Under the pieces are notes generated by a model. That model worked only from the letters and a program-made list of their open reading frames with translations, made no database searches and was not told the origin of the DNA. 64,000 nt of DNA from Malacoraja senta (taxonomy: Eukaryota), in contig CM075986.1 in assembly GCA_038087875.1 (NCBI GenBank), forward strand, positions 14,632,001 to 14,696,000. The letters are read 5' to 3'. Made by a program: the position numbers and the translations under genes. Shown here piece by piece: positions 48,160 through 61,100 of the stretch. How positions within the stretch are numbered: the first letter of the stretch is position 1; each line of letters starts with the position of its first letter.

Positions 48160-48560
48160 GGCACGCCACGGTGGCGCAGCGGTAGAGTTGCTGCCTTGCA
48201 GCGAATGCAGCGACGGTGACCCGGATTCGATCCCGTCTAAGGGTGCTGTCTGTACGGAGTTTACACGTTTTCCCCGTGAATTTCTCCGAGATCTTCGGTT
48301 TCTCCCACACTCCAAAGACGTACAGGCTTGTAGGTTAATTGGCATGGTAAATGTAAAAATTGTCCCGAGTGGGTGTTGGATAGTGTTACGGGTGACAGGG
48401 GTTATGGGGATAAGGCTGAGAGGGAGAGATAGATCAGCCTGAGTAGACTTGATGGGCCGAATGGCCTAATTCTGCTCCTATCACTTATAATGTACGGGAA
48501 TTGCTGGTCGGCGCGGACCCGCTGGGCCGAAGGGCCTGTTTCCCCACTGTATCTCTAAAC
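48160..48560 (+). mobile_element. HE1-like V-SINE with inserted CR1 tail (~48392-48490)
   Basis: cacggtggcgcagcggtagagttgc head; the tail resumes at 48491. Confidence 0.8.
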
Positions 48561-48582
48561 AAAACAGAACTGAGAGAGTTCA

Positions 48583-48905
48583 GTTGGGGAAGTCCAGAAC
48601 AAGGGGTCACAGTTTAGGGATAAAGGGGAAATCTTTTAGGACTGAGATGAGAAAAACATTTTTTACACAGAGAGTGGTGAATCTCTGGAATTCTCTGCCA
48701 CAGAATGTAGTTGAGGCCAGTTCATTGGCTATATTTAAGAGGGAGTTAGATGTGGCCCTTGTGGCTAAAGGGATCAGGGGGTATGGAGAGAAAGCAGGTA
48801 CAGGATACTGAGTTGGATGATCAGCCATGATCATATTGAATGGCGGTGCAGGCTCGAAGGGCCGAATGGCCTACTCCTGCACCTATTTTCTATGTTTCTA
48901 TGTTT
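48583..48905 (+). mobile_element. Young CR1 3' fragment
   Basis: Near-identical to 24683-24990. Confidence 0.92.
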
Positions 48906-49594
48906 TTCATGAGACATTTAAACAAAATGCCATCTGAGCCATAGGTCAAAAAACTATCCCTCAAAATGGTGGGCTTTGCAGCCAATATCTAACCTTTCAC
49001 CGACCACAAAAGTATATAAAATGGTCATCATTGCATTGCTCTTTGTTGGATTTTACTGTGTATAAATAGCCATGATGCTTCCTAAATTAGAACAATGACT
49101 ACACTTCAAATGTTTTCCACTGGCTGTAGAACATTGAGGTCCCAAAAAAATGCATATGTTCCTTTGTAAAAATTGTTCAAAGAAAATGCTTCTATTTCTG
49201 TCCTTGTCCAGATGCAAGATGGTATAAATGTCAACTAATTTCATTGACATTTCCAAAATTCTCAAGAGGTTTGTGAAAGTGGATCTGGAGCCAACATCTT
49301 TGCCACCTAGAAAGTGGAGAACTAACAGTGTCTCGAAACAATGGGACTGTCATTCAGAGATGAGATACTGGCTCTTCACCAAGTGGGTGGTGAGCTTTGG
49401 GAATTCTTAACCCAAGAATCTGCGGGTCTTCGATTGTTGAATGTATTTAGGATTGTGATCAATAGATTTTACTATGGGAGGGAAAGAGAAGAGAAAGATA
49501 ATGGTGCTGAGGTTAAAAGCTCAGGCGTGATTTTATAGAATGATGGATCTGGCAGATGGATCAAAAGGCCCGCTACAGCTTTACAAAGAAATGT

Positions 49595-50100
49595 CAGATT
49601 TAGTTTAGCTTAGAGATACAGCGCGGAAACAGGCCCTTAGGCCCACTGGGTCCGCTCCGAACAGCGATCCCCGCACATTAACACTACCTTACCCTACACA
49701 ATTTTTTAAACATTTACAACTAGTCAATTAAGAAAAACATTTTTCACACAGAAAGTGGTGAATCAGTGGAATTCTCTGCCACAGAAGGTAGGTGAGGCCA
49801 GTTCATTGGCTATATTTAAGAGGGAGTTAGATGTGGCCCTTGTGGCTAAAGGGATCAGGGGGTATGGAGAGAAGGCAGGCACGGGATACTGAGTTGGATG
49901 ATCAGCCGTGATCATATTGAATGGCGGTGCAGGCTCGAAGGGCTGAATGGCCTACTCCTGCACCTATTTTCTATGTTTCTATGTTTCTAATTAACCTACA
50001 AACCTGTACGTCTTTGATCGAATCGAATCAGATGTATCGAGGATCGAACCCAGGTCTTTGGCGCTGTAAGGCAGTAGAGTGACTGCCACGCCACCGTGCC
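49595..50100 (-). mobile_element. HE1-like SINE interrupted by a young CR1 3' fragment (~49730-49988, +)
   Basis: aattaa duplicated at both CR1 junctions. Confidence 0.85.
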
Positions 50101-52103
50101 TATTTTTTAATTTAAATTAGTTTCTATTTTAATTAAAAATTTTAAAAAGTTGTTAGTTTGGGACAAACCAATAAAATAATACTTTTATTGGTAACCTTGA
50201 ATAAAATGACACCAGATTTGCGGCAAAGCTGAACTTTATTGGTAGGAAGGGAGCCGGAGGATCAGGTGTAAGCAGTAAATGGTTACAACTGCTGTGGCAA
50301 TGAGATAGCAGTGGTGCCCAATGCACCAGGGCAATGCTGGGACTCTACTTCCACCATAGCGCAGATCCACACTGCCCTGGTATGGCCAGTGCCAGCACCA
50401 GGCCCAGACCATGACTTCCAGCATGGTCCCAGATGTAGTCTTCCCCTGGGAGCATGTCTAACAAACAGCACAGGAGCCAGTCAGTGCAAGAGGGCACCTT
50501 CCGACTCAAAGACCGTCTATGCTGTTTTTCATCAGTGATACTGAATATTCAGAATCACATAAGACCTGTCGAAAATGTGAAGAGAATGAAAAAGATCAAA
50601 AACACACGCAGGCACACTTAAAACATTTAAACTAATTTAAGCTGATAAAAAAAACATTACTTGCATTTATCCCAGCAGTCTTTTCCTCCCAGTCATTGTT
50701 CTCTGTACTTGCACAAATAAACCAGGCTTAGGTACAGCAGGTGGCTTTCAGTGGAAGTTCAGTTCAGTTTATTGTCACAGGTACCGAGGTACAGCTTTTG
50801 TTGCGTGCTATCCAGTCGGTGAAAAGGCAACACATGATGACAATCGAGTCATTTACAGTGTATGGTTTGCTCAGCCTTTCCGAGCTCCCCACATTCAATG
50901 TCTTTGGGCTCTTCAGTCTTGCTGCTTGCAAAGGCGTATAACAGGTAGAACTGTTCACAGAACATCATAAATTGAAAGCAGTAAACTTTACAGCCATATA
51001 TCAAAAATCATGCCGAGTTCTTAAAGGTACACATAGCTACACCACACTGTTTCCCCTTTAAAAAACATTAAAACTATCAAAAAAATACCTTGCATAGTTA
51101 GGCCATCTGTTACATTACATTAAATTGCAGATGAAAATTCAATAATTTATTAATTCATCCGATCTCTTGAGCTTTTCAATCACCAAACTCTTCCGAACAA
51201 ACAAGCAATTTGGCATCCATGAAACATCTAGCCCAGATGTTGTTAATTCCAGTGGATTACTTTTGACAGGTCTCATGCACCCTTGTTCTCACATTCTGTT
51301 ACACAACAGAGGTTGAGAGCAGTAGGTAAAATTAAAACATTATGAGAGGAATAGATAGAGTCAGAAACCTTTATCCCCAGGGTGAAAATATCACAAACTA
51401 GAGGGGATAGCTCTAAGGTGAGAGCGGAGAAGTTTAAATGACATGTGAGGGGCACATTTTTTAAACAGATGGTGGTGGATGCTTGGAATGCGTTGCCAAA
51501 GGCAGGATGGAAGCAGATATGATATGGCGCTTAAGAAGCTTTCAGATAGGCTCATGGATATGAACGGAATGAAGTGATATGGATCACAAGCAGGCAGAGG
51601 AAGTTAGTTTCACAGACATTGTGGGCTGAAGAGCCTGTTCCTCTGCTGTTCCTATGGTCTATATGTTCACACAATTCTCCTCTTAAATGCATAATACCTT
51701 CCATTACAGTTTTCACCCTCATGTGTCAGGGAGTGACGACACAAATAATATTAGATCAGTTGTACAACTAGTCTAATTTTATTTGGTAATTTGGTTTATA
51801 ATATTGAAGGTTTACTACACTCCAAGTTATTATAGTCATGCAAATGATTGATGTTGTTGTTGGATAATAATAACATAGTGTCATGATACCCAATTATACC
51901 CCATAGTACTTGTCATTTATAGATAAAGGCCATTTTGGGCAGTGTAGATTGGACTAACCAGTGACCACTGGGAAATTGGCCTTGACACTTTGAGGCATAA
52001 TCCCTTTTAGCAGATCTGACAGTTTCACCAGTGACAAACATCCATCTAATAATGACACTTGGTCCACAGCTGCCATTTCTGCAGTTACTAAGAAAAATTG
52101 TAT

Positions 52104-52186
52104 GTCTGAAGAAGGGTCTCGACCCGAAACGTCACCCATTCCTTCTCTCCAGAGATGCTGAGTTACTACAGCGTTTTGTGTCTATC
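52104..52186 (+). ncRNA. Putative minimal type I hammerhead ribozyme within a PLE-derived repeat
   Basis: GT-CTGAAGA(52106-52112)-A-GGGTC-TC-GACCC-GAAAC-GTC|AC; palindromic ACGT in helix III; predicted cleavage after C52133. Confidence 0.65.
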
Positions 52187-53409
52187 TTGTAATTTAATAG
52201 TGTGACTAGCACCCATGATTCCAATTCAAAATACTTGAAAATCATCTTCTTCATTTCCAGAAGATCAATAAGATGTGAATGAAAGAGTTTCCAATGCCTC
52301 AGCTCTCCATCTGACAAACTGGGGATTTATTTTCTAGAAGCCAAGCAGCATTGCAAAGTCTACCACTGCTTGCCGCAGCTTTTCTATAATATGCACAGCA
52401 GGGGTACACAAGAAGCACAGCAAGGCTACTTAGTCCCTGGAGCACCCGGAGAAGATCCATGCAGTTTTCCTAAGGGAGAATGTACATTAATCCTATCCTA
52501 AAACCATTTTATTCTCCCAATGTTCCCACAGTCTCTTCTAGATTCTACCACTCAACTACACACTTGGGGCAATTTACAGCAGTCAACAAACCTAGCAGCC
52601 TGCATGATCTTGGGATATGAGCAGAAACTGGAATACCCAGAGAAAACCCAGTCACAGAGAGGACATGCAAACTCCACATAGACATAACCAGTGGTCAGGA
52701 GTGAACCGAGTCACTGGAGTTGTGATGGCAATGCTACTGCTGTCCTGATACGTTACTGCCTTATCTGTAACACAGCATATCTATTGATTTAATAAAGAGT
52801 TCCCTTAAACAGTGGAACACCCATTTTGTGTATAATTTGTATGACAGCCAGTTCATTAATTAAAGTAATTACCTTACTTTTCATAAGCTAATGTAAATTT
52901 GATTCTACCCACATCATAAACTGGATAAATTCCTTAGAACATTAAATCCTCAGAAATTTGCCAGTTTAAGCAAATTAAAGATTCATGAAGCATATTTAGT
53001 CAAATGTCAAAAGATAAAGTAATTGAGAATCATTGCACAAAAGAATGGAAGGCAATCAATTATGAGTGGGGGAAAAAACATGTATGCTAACCTGCGGCAT
53101 CTGTTTTTGTAACTGATTAATTAACCTTCGAAGAAGCAAAACCGAGGCTCTGTGGCAGTGACCAAAGTAATTAGAAACGGCACATCGTCTTGATTGATGG
53201 CCCAGAGGTCCTGCACTGTGTCTGGTGGAGTTCAGGATGTCCAATCTCCAAGGATCTGAGCACAAAGATCTGGCCAATATTCTAGCTCAGTGGCAAGGGA
53301 GTGCTACTCTCTAGCACTCTACCAGATGAACAGTTAGACTGAACCATCACCTGCTCTAAGGTGGAGATATATCTTGGAACTTTTGAAGAAGAAAAGAGAA
53401 GTTCTTCAT

Positions 53410-54024
53410 AGCAAGAGGATTTCAGTATAAGTTCTTCTGCAGTTGTATAGGGCTCTGGTAAGACCACATCTGGAGTATTGTGTACAGTTTTGGTCTCCTA
53501 ATTTGAGGAAGGACATTCTTGTGATTGAGGCAGTGCAGCGCAGGTTCACGAGATTGATCCCTGTGATGGCGGGACTGCCATATGAGGAAAGATTGAAAAG
53601 ACTAGGCTTGTATTCACTGGAGTTTAGATGGATGAGGGGGATCTTATAGAAACATATAAAATTATAAAAGGACTGGACAAGCTAGATGCAGGAAAAATAT
53701 TCCCAATGTTGGGAGAGTCCAGAACCAGGGGCCACAGTCTTAGAATAAAGGGGAGGCCATTTAAGACTGAGGTGAGAAAAAACGTTTTCACCCAGAGAGT
53801 TGTGAATTTGTGGAATTCCCTGCCACAGAGGGCAGTGGAGGCCAAATCACTGGATGGATTTGAGATAGTTAGATAGAGCTCTAGGGGCTAGTGGAATCAA
53901 GGGATATGGGGAGAAGGCAGGCACGGGTTATTGATTGGGGACAATCAGCCATGATCACAATGAATGGCGGTGCTGGCTCGAAGGGCCGAATGGCCTCCTC
54001 CTGCACATATTTTCTATGTTTCTA
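53410..54024 (+). mobile_element. CR1 3' fragment
   Basis: [18 protein letters not shown]...ESRTRGHSLRIKG. Confidence 0.92.
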
Positions 54025-55874
54025 AGTGCTCATTGGTGTCCTGGCCAATATCTATCCTTCCGCCAACATTAAACTGAATATTTGCTCACTATGGTATTGC
54101 TGTTTGTGATACATTACTCTGCATAGATTAGCTGATGGATTTTCACATTACAACAATAACTCTACGTTAAAATTATTTCATAGTCGCTGAAGCACCATGA
54201 AGCATTCTGGGGTTATGAGGAGTTATCTAAATGCATCTTTAGAATTTTGAAGAGCATGAATAATATTTCTTGTTTTAAGGCTTTTTCTACTTTCTGTCAT
54301 ATGATTAACTTCTCTCTGGGATGCAGCAAAGGTAACAGAAAGGCTGTCTGTGAGGAACTGTTGAATAAGGAGGACATAACTCATTTTGGCCTCTTTGAGT
54401 TTCCTGTACATCCACTTTGCCAATAAACACTGACAGATATTGAGAATCCACAGGAAATACAGATTCCACACCCGGATAACTACAATCAAGTCAAGTCAAG
54501 TTTATTTGTCACATACACATACGAGATGTGCAGTGAAAGGAAAAGTGGCAATGCTCGCGGACTTTGTGCAACAAACAAACAAACAAACAAACTACAAACA
54601 GAATGGAAGAATAGAATCACATATTCTTTTACATATTAAATACTGTGGGCGGAAGGAAAAAGGGGTAAAAAAAACAAAACAGGGGAAAACAAAAAACAGC
54701 AATTTTTTAAAAACAATGGGCCACAGACAAAATTATTCGGTGTCTCTTGAGTGAGTGCATAAACTCATGATGGTTATTGGGCAATTTGATGTTCAGACCT
54801 GAGTAGGAAGCAGAAAGGTAGCAGAAGCAGAATCAATTGCATTTAAGAGACCATCTTGTGATCGTTGAAGTTATGAGGTGGTCTCTTACACTAAATCAAT
54901 TTTGCACATGCTACCTTTTTGCCTTATACTCTGCTCTTCTAGATATCAAAGTGCTGTGACCATTCATCAGACCAGAGACTGTGGTAGTTTTACAATAGTT
55001 GCCATGGAACCGCAACTGAAACCTGTTGGTTTAAATGCCAAGGAATGAGTTATTTTTTGTCAGTAAAGGTGTGTAACCTTTATAAGAAGGGCTATAACAC
55101 CAGCAATCTCTCAAAGTCCCAACAGAAGGGAAACAATTACAGTAGAAACCACATAACTCAGAGGACGTGCAATGCAAGGAATGCAATTTGAACACCAGAC
55201 ATGCCATGAGAGGTGATATGAAAAAAATCAATGCTTTCAAAATTAAAGAATGGATCAATAGTTGAGACATTGATATGAATATTGATGCCACTGCAGACTG
55301 ATCCATGATGGGATGGAATACTTGCAATTGAAAGAATCCTCCGATTTTATTGACAAACAGAATTTTTAAATTAAGAAATTCCACTGGTGACATCCAGAGG
55401 ACATTCAGACAAATGGAATGTGCAGTTTATGTGCAGAAGTACTGAATAGGTCATTTTCTTCAGACAGAATTTGTCTGGGAGACATTGGTTGAAACAGGTG
55501 AGGATGGATTGCAAAATCATTCCATGCAATGATCTCATAAACTGGTTTGAGCAGGTTTCTGCAAAAATATGAAGACGAGCTTATGGATTGTTATGCAGGT
55601 ACTGAGGGATTAAAGGCTCACATTCAGATAGAACTAAGTGCCAAATTGTAAAATCAAAGAACTGCAGATGCTGATTTATACCAAAGATAGACACAAAATG
55701 CTGGAGTAACTCAGCGAGTCAGGCAGAATCTCTGGAGAAAAAAGATAATTGACGTTTTGGGGAACCTGAGATGTCACCTATCATTTTTGTCCAGAGATAC
55801 TGCCTGACCCAGTGAGTTATTCCAACACTTTGTGTCTATCTTTGCCAAATGGTAAACCATGACTTGTGGCCCAT

Positions 55875-57200
55875 ACATTGAATTTAGAAGGATGAGAAAG
55901 GATCTTATTGAAACATTTAAGATTATTAAGGTACACAAAAATGCTGGAGAAACTCAGCGGGTGCAGCAGCATCTATGGAGCGAAGGAAATAGGCAATGTT
56001 TCGGGCCGAAACCCTTCTTCAGACTGATAGGGGGTGGGGAGAAGAAAAGAAAAAGGCGGAGGAGGAGCCCGAGGGCTGAGGGATGGGAGGAGCCAACCAG
56101 AGGGCTGAGGAAGGGGAGGAGACAGCAAGGGCTAGCAAAATTGGGAGAATTCAATGTTCATGCCCCCAGGATGCAGACTGCCCAAGCGGAATATGAGGTG
56201 CATTTCCTCCAATTTCCGGTGTTGCTCGCTGTGGCCATGGAGGAGACCCAGGACTGAGAGGTCGGATACGGAATGGGAGGGGGAGTTGAAGTGCTGAGCC
56301 ACCGGGAGGTCAGGTTGGTTATTGCGGACCAACCGGAGGTGTTCGGCGAAACGATCGCCAAGCCTCCGCTTGGTCTCACCGATGTAGATCAGCTGACATC
56401 TAGATGCAATAGATGAGGTTGGAGGAGATGCAGGTGAACCTCTGTCGCACCTGGAACGACTGCTTGGGTCCTTGAATGGAGTCGAGGGGGGAGGTGAAGG
56501 GATAAGTGTTGCATCTCTTGCAAGGAAAAGTGCCCGGGGAGGGGGTGGTACGGGAGGGAAGGGAAGAATTGATAAGGGAGTTACGGAGGGAGCGGCCTTT
56601 GCGGAAGGCAGACATGGGGGGAGATGGGAAGATGTGGCGAGTGGTGGGGTCACGTTGGAGGTGGCGAAACTGACGGAGGATCACTTGTTGTATGTGACGG
56701 CTGGTGGGGTGAAAGGTGAGGACTAGGGGGACTCTGCCCTTGTTGTGAGTGGGGGGATGGGGAGAGAAAGCAGTGTTGCGGGGTATGGCAGAGACCCTGG
56801 TGCGAGCCTCATCTATGGTGGAGGAGGGGAACCCCCGTTCCCTGAAGAATTATTAAGGGTTTGGACACGCTAGAGGCAGGAAACATGTTCCCAATATTGG
56901 GGGAATCCAGAACCAGGGGCCACAGTTTAAGAATAAGGGGTAAGCCATTTAGAACGGAGATGAGGAAATACTTTTTCACACAGAGAGTTGTGAGTCTGTG
57001 GAATTCTCTGCCTCAGAGGGTTCTCTGGATGCTTTCAAGAGAATTAGATAGAGCTCTTAAAGATAGCGGAGTGAAGGGATATGGGGAAAAGGCAGGAATG
57101 GGGTACTGATTTTGGATGATCAGCCATGATCACAGTAAATGACAGTGCTGGCTCGAAGGGCCAAATGGCCTACTCCTGCACCTATTGTCTATTGTCTATT
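55875..57200 (+). mobile_element. CR1 3' fragment split by a Penelope insertion
   Basis: EFRRMRKDLIETFKIIK | GLDTLEAG..; tail (ctattgt)n. Confidence 0.9.
55931..56848 (-). mobile_element. 5'-truncated Penelope-like element (GIY-YIG + 3' terminus with hammerhead)
   Basis: IYIGETKRRLGDRFAEH..GMNIEF; 10-bp TSD attattaagg (55922-55931, 56849-56858). Confidence 0.93.
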
Positions 57201-58035
57201 GAAAGTGCAGGCAGAAGAAGAGTGAAGCAAATTTGAGCAACATGGAGTATTGGTAAAAAGTGACACAAAATGAGGTTCAACATTGTGGTCCCCAAGGTGA
57301 ACAAGACCATCTGTGTCTGCAGAGATTATAGATTAGAAAGTGACCCTTAATGAAGCAGGAGATAATAAGCAATACACTCTGCCACATCCCAAGATCTGTG
57401 TGCAGAATTGACAATAGTAAAGGTTTTGTGAATCTAGATCTCTTTCATGGTGTTGTCCAGCAGAAATGGGACAAAGACATCTAGGATTTTCTCTCTAATA
57501 TTATTCCCGAGGGGCTGTACTTGCAAATAAAATATGGGATAAAACTGGCACAACAATATTCTAGGTGACATGGATTAAAAATTCCAGGTGATCCAGCAAT
57601 ATTTGTGAAATCAGGATGATACTTGAATTGCAAAGATGAGAACCTCTGGATACTCAAGGAAGTGTTTGTAAAATTAAATTGACTTAATGGCAAGTTTAGT
57701 CAAAATAGGTGTGACCTTCCAGAAGAGGGCAATATGCCTTCCAATGGTTTCTATTCTCTTGCTCTTAATGCAAAAGATTTCCATTAATCTTGTCCATTAG
57801 AGATATTTTCTGTCTGTTCTTTACCCACCTGTTACGTTCCTTCTGCACATTCTTTACTCCTGAATTACATCACTCGCGCAAGTATATATCTGCATTAAGC
57901 ACATCTCAATAACTCTTGACATTCTGGGATCCCTGAATTAGCTTTCCTTATCTTCCACCTTTATGAGCACACATTGGCCCTGAACTCTCACTATTACACA
58001 TTTATAAGATGTTCTCTTGTTGGTTGTAGACCTAA

Positions 58036-58091
58036 GGTACACAAAAATGCTGGAGAAACTCAGCGGGTGCAGCAGCATAGGTACAGCAGCA
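58036..58091 (-). mobile_element. Minimal (~55 bp) Penelope 3'-terminus insertion
   Basis: 16-bp TSD tggttgtagacctaag (58021-58036, 58092-58107). Confidence 0.85.
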
Positions 58092-60729
58092 TGGTTGTAG
58101 ACCTAAGTGCAAGCAGTCGCTCACAGTCCATTTTAGCTCAGCCCTTCTTACAGTATTAAAGTTGATCTTCCCCTAATTCAGGACCTTAACTTCCAGACCA
58201 TCCTTATCCCATTCCATAGCTTTCATGATACTTAGAGTTATGGTCACTATCCTCAACATGTTCATCCGCTGACATGTCAACCACTTGCCACTTACATTCC
58301 CTAGGATTTGGTCTAATATTACCCCATTCCGGGTAGGATTATCTTATCCTGGCTCAAAAAGCTCTCCTGGATATTCTTCAAAAATCCCATTCCCTCTACC
58401 GTAATTCCAATTCCTTATGGGGAAGTTAAAACCCCTACCTTTGTAACTCAATTATTCTAACACTTTGCTTTTGCTATATCTTTGTCAGACCTCCCTGCGA
58501 GGATGTTGGACCTGCCCGAGGTCAAGTACTCCCATCCATCCGACTACGTCCCGTTGAGTCAGCTGAAGCTGATTGACTTTAATTGTCAATAATAATGCGG
58601 TGAATTCAGTAGCTGCTGGTTCCTTTAGGCCCATGCATTGATGCTTTATGCCCCTGTCCCACTAACCACAGGTTCTTGACCATAATGTCCATTGGGGCAT
58701 ACATGCCAATAATGGTCAATGTACCTTTGGAGAGCAGTGCATCAATGTTTTTGTTGTGTGAGTGTTTGGCCAGGAAACTGTGCCTGGTCATTTTTTCAAT
58801 TCAAAACTACATTGCAATCAATATCAGTCGGAGCTTGCTGCTTGGGGAAACCACTGAGCAGTTACATTTAGTGCCTCCGTGAGTGCGGATAATATCTTAA
58901 GGGAGGATGTTTTGTCTTGCCCCGTGAGATTAGATTGGTGTTTATGAATCCTTGCAAATTAACCCTTCTGACTCGTGACAGTGGGACAATGTTCATGATT
59001 TTGAAAAATCCTATCTAGACTCTTTGTTATAAACCAGAATCTTTAAAAAAGTTATTTTATCAATATTATTCAATTTTATTTTAAAAGTGGATAAATTCTA
59101 AACAAATTCTCATGGAAACTCTCAAAGTAACCACATTATTGTATTTATATAACTTGTGAGCATTTATTTCAGTGTGCATTAGAGTTACGGATTGATTTAA
59201 GTGTGTAATGTTGAGATATTCTCTTAGTAATCATGTCTGACAGAGTTTCAATTAAAGCCCTGTTCTGAACTAAAATGCCACAGCCCATGATATAGCTAGA
59301 CAGTGTTCCATTACTGAAAGCCAAACGTCCTTGTGTATTCTGTTTAAAACCTTAATCAAGTATCTCTCATCATCAATCTGGAACTCCAGTGATCACAGTA
59401 CATCAAAAAAGGACATGCCGTATGCAGGGAATAACAGAGGCTGAGGTGGAAGAGTTACAGATCCACAATAGATTCAGATGAATAGAGATATAGAAGAAAA
59501 TGGTAAGATAAGCTTTAAGCTGCCGAGATCATCAGAGAATATAACTAGCACGAAAATCTAAGATGGAGTTATTTCTTGAGAAAAATGATGACCTGAACCT
59601 TGAAATTCAATGAGTTAGATGTCAAGAAGATCTGTGCAAATGTAAGGGGCTTTAAAGTAAGATAGTTACTGGTAAATGCAGTAGATTTTCACAGAGTGGT
59701 TAGAACATGGAACTCATTACATGCAGAGCAGTTAACATATATCGTTGAGATGCATTTAAGCGAAAACTAGATAAATACATTAGGGAGGGATGATTGGGAG
59801 ATCATGTTGATTGAATTAGATTAAGTAGGTGGGGCTTGGGTGAGGTATAATCACCAGCAGAGTCATATTGGTCTCAATAGTCTAGTTCACTGAAAATAAG
59901 TGAAAGTGCCCATTTTCTAACATGCATTTGTGGTAAAACAATATCTACATTCATAATGGTTCTGCTCTTGAGGGAACAGAGATATTATCAGTAGAAACAC
60001 TGGCTCTTATTTTTAAGTTATTTAAAACTTAAGTGTATAATTTGATGTTACTATAAAGGAGGCTGAAGTAAATTTTAAACATTATACAATAATTTAATGA
60101 ACAGTGAGCTATTAATAAATTAATCCAAAACATATATAAAACTGCTTACTTTTTAAGCCTACCACATTTGGGATTTTCTGGACATCCTGACCTATAAACA
60201 ATAACTGATTTACTTTAACAGAGGCCAATATTGAAGCATTACCTTCCATTCCCATCATCAAGTTCTGAGTTGTGCATGTAATTGTTCAGCACACTTGCCT
60301 CTCGGAATATTAGGGTCCAAGGGATGTGAATGCAAGGCTGATGGACTGCCACGCTGTTAGGGGTGTCCGCTTTCCTCTGCTTCTCTTTCAAGAGCGGATG
60401 AGAAACCGGATAAACCTGACATTTTGATGAAGAGGTTCACCGGTTCCCGTGGCCAATATTCATCCCTCAAACAATAGCCCTGAGAGGCGAGGCTCAGTCA
60501 GAGTGGTGAGCTTGGAAAGGTGCAGTGTACCTGTTGCAAAGCGTGACAATGATCATTCTGGTCAAGGGTCCACCATGTCATACTTCACTTGCTCCTGCAT
60601 GTGAGTAAGTTAATTGGCCACTGTAATTGACCTCTTTGTGAAGAACCTGTGGGAATTCGATGGGTATGTGGGGGGTCATAAAATGGGATTGATGTAGGTC
60701 TGCTGTAAATAGCTGCTTGGTGAGCAACA

Positions 60730-61100
60730 GTGACATGTCAGGCCACCCAGGCCATTCCTGCTCTCCCTGCTCCCATCCGGCAGAAGATACAGAAGCTTGA
60801 AAGCGTTCACTACCGGACACAGGAACTGCTTCTCCTCCCCCATTATCAGGCTTCTGAACGGTCCTCCCATAAGCTAGTGTTGTGCTCAGTTCACCTCTCC
60901 CTCAATGAAGAAAGTGGACGTTACAATGTGCTATAGAACTGAGAACTGGATTCTGTATCTTCCCCTTTGCTCTATCAATTGTACTTGAGTTTGAACTGAT
61001 TGTATGTCTGATTGTATGTTATGTCTGATTTGTTTGGATAGTATTCAAAACAAAGCTTTGTGACAATAATAAACCTCAACCCAAACCCAAACCTAAACCT
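60730..61100 (+). mobile_element. Rex1/Babar 3' fragment
   Basis: HPGHSCSPCS..GRRYRSLK..RNCFSSPIIRLLN and (aaacct)n tail. Confidence 0.75.

Larger units (their letters stand above)
54765..57720 (+). mobile_element. Highly decayed Ty3/Gypsy gag-pro-RT with nested insertions
   Basis: LRDHLV (gag); INS*DIDMNIDATA (protease DTGA-like, ~55251); LSGRHWLKQ (55471); after the inserts IVVPK..ICVCRDY..YTLP..LDL (RT, 57201-57720). Confidence 0.7.

Noticed and set aside
54223-54489. Minus-strand ORF as MARCHF10 first coding exon (QQFLTD vs QKFFSD)
   Set aside because: Match too short and no convincing splice donor; cannot be supported.
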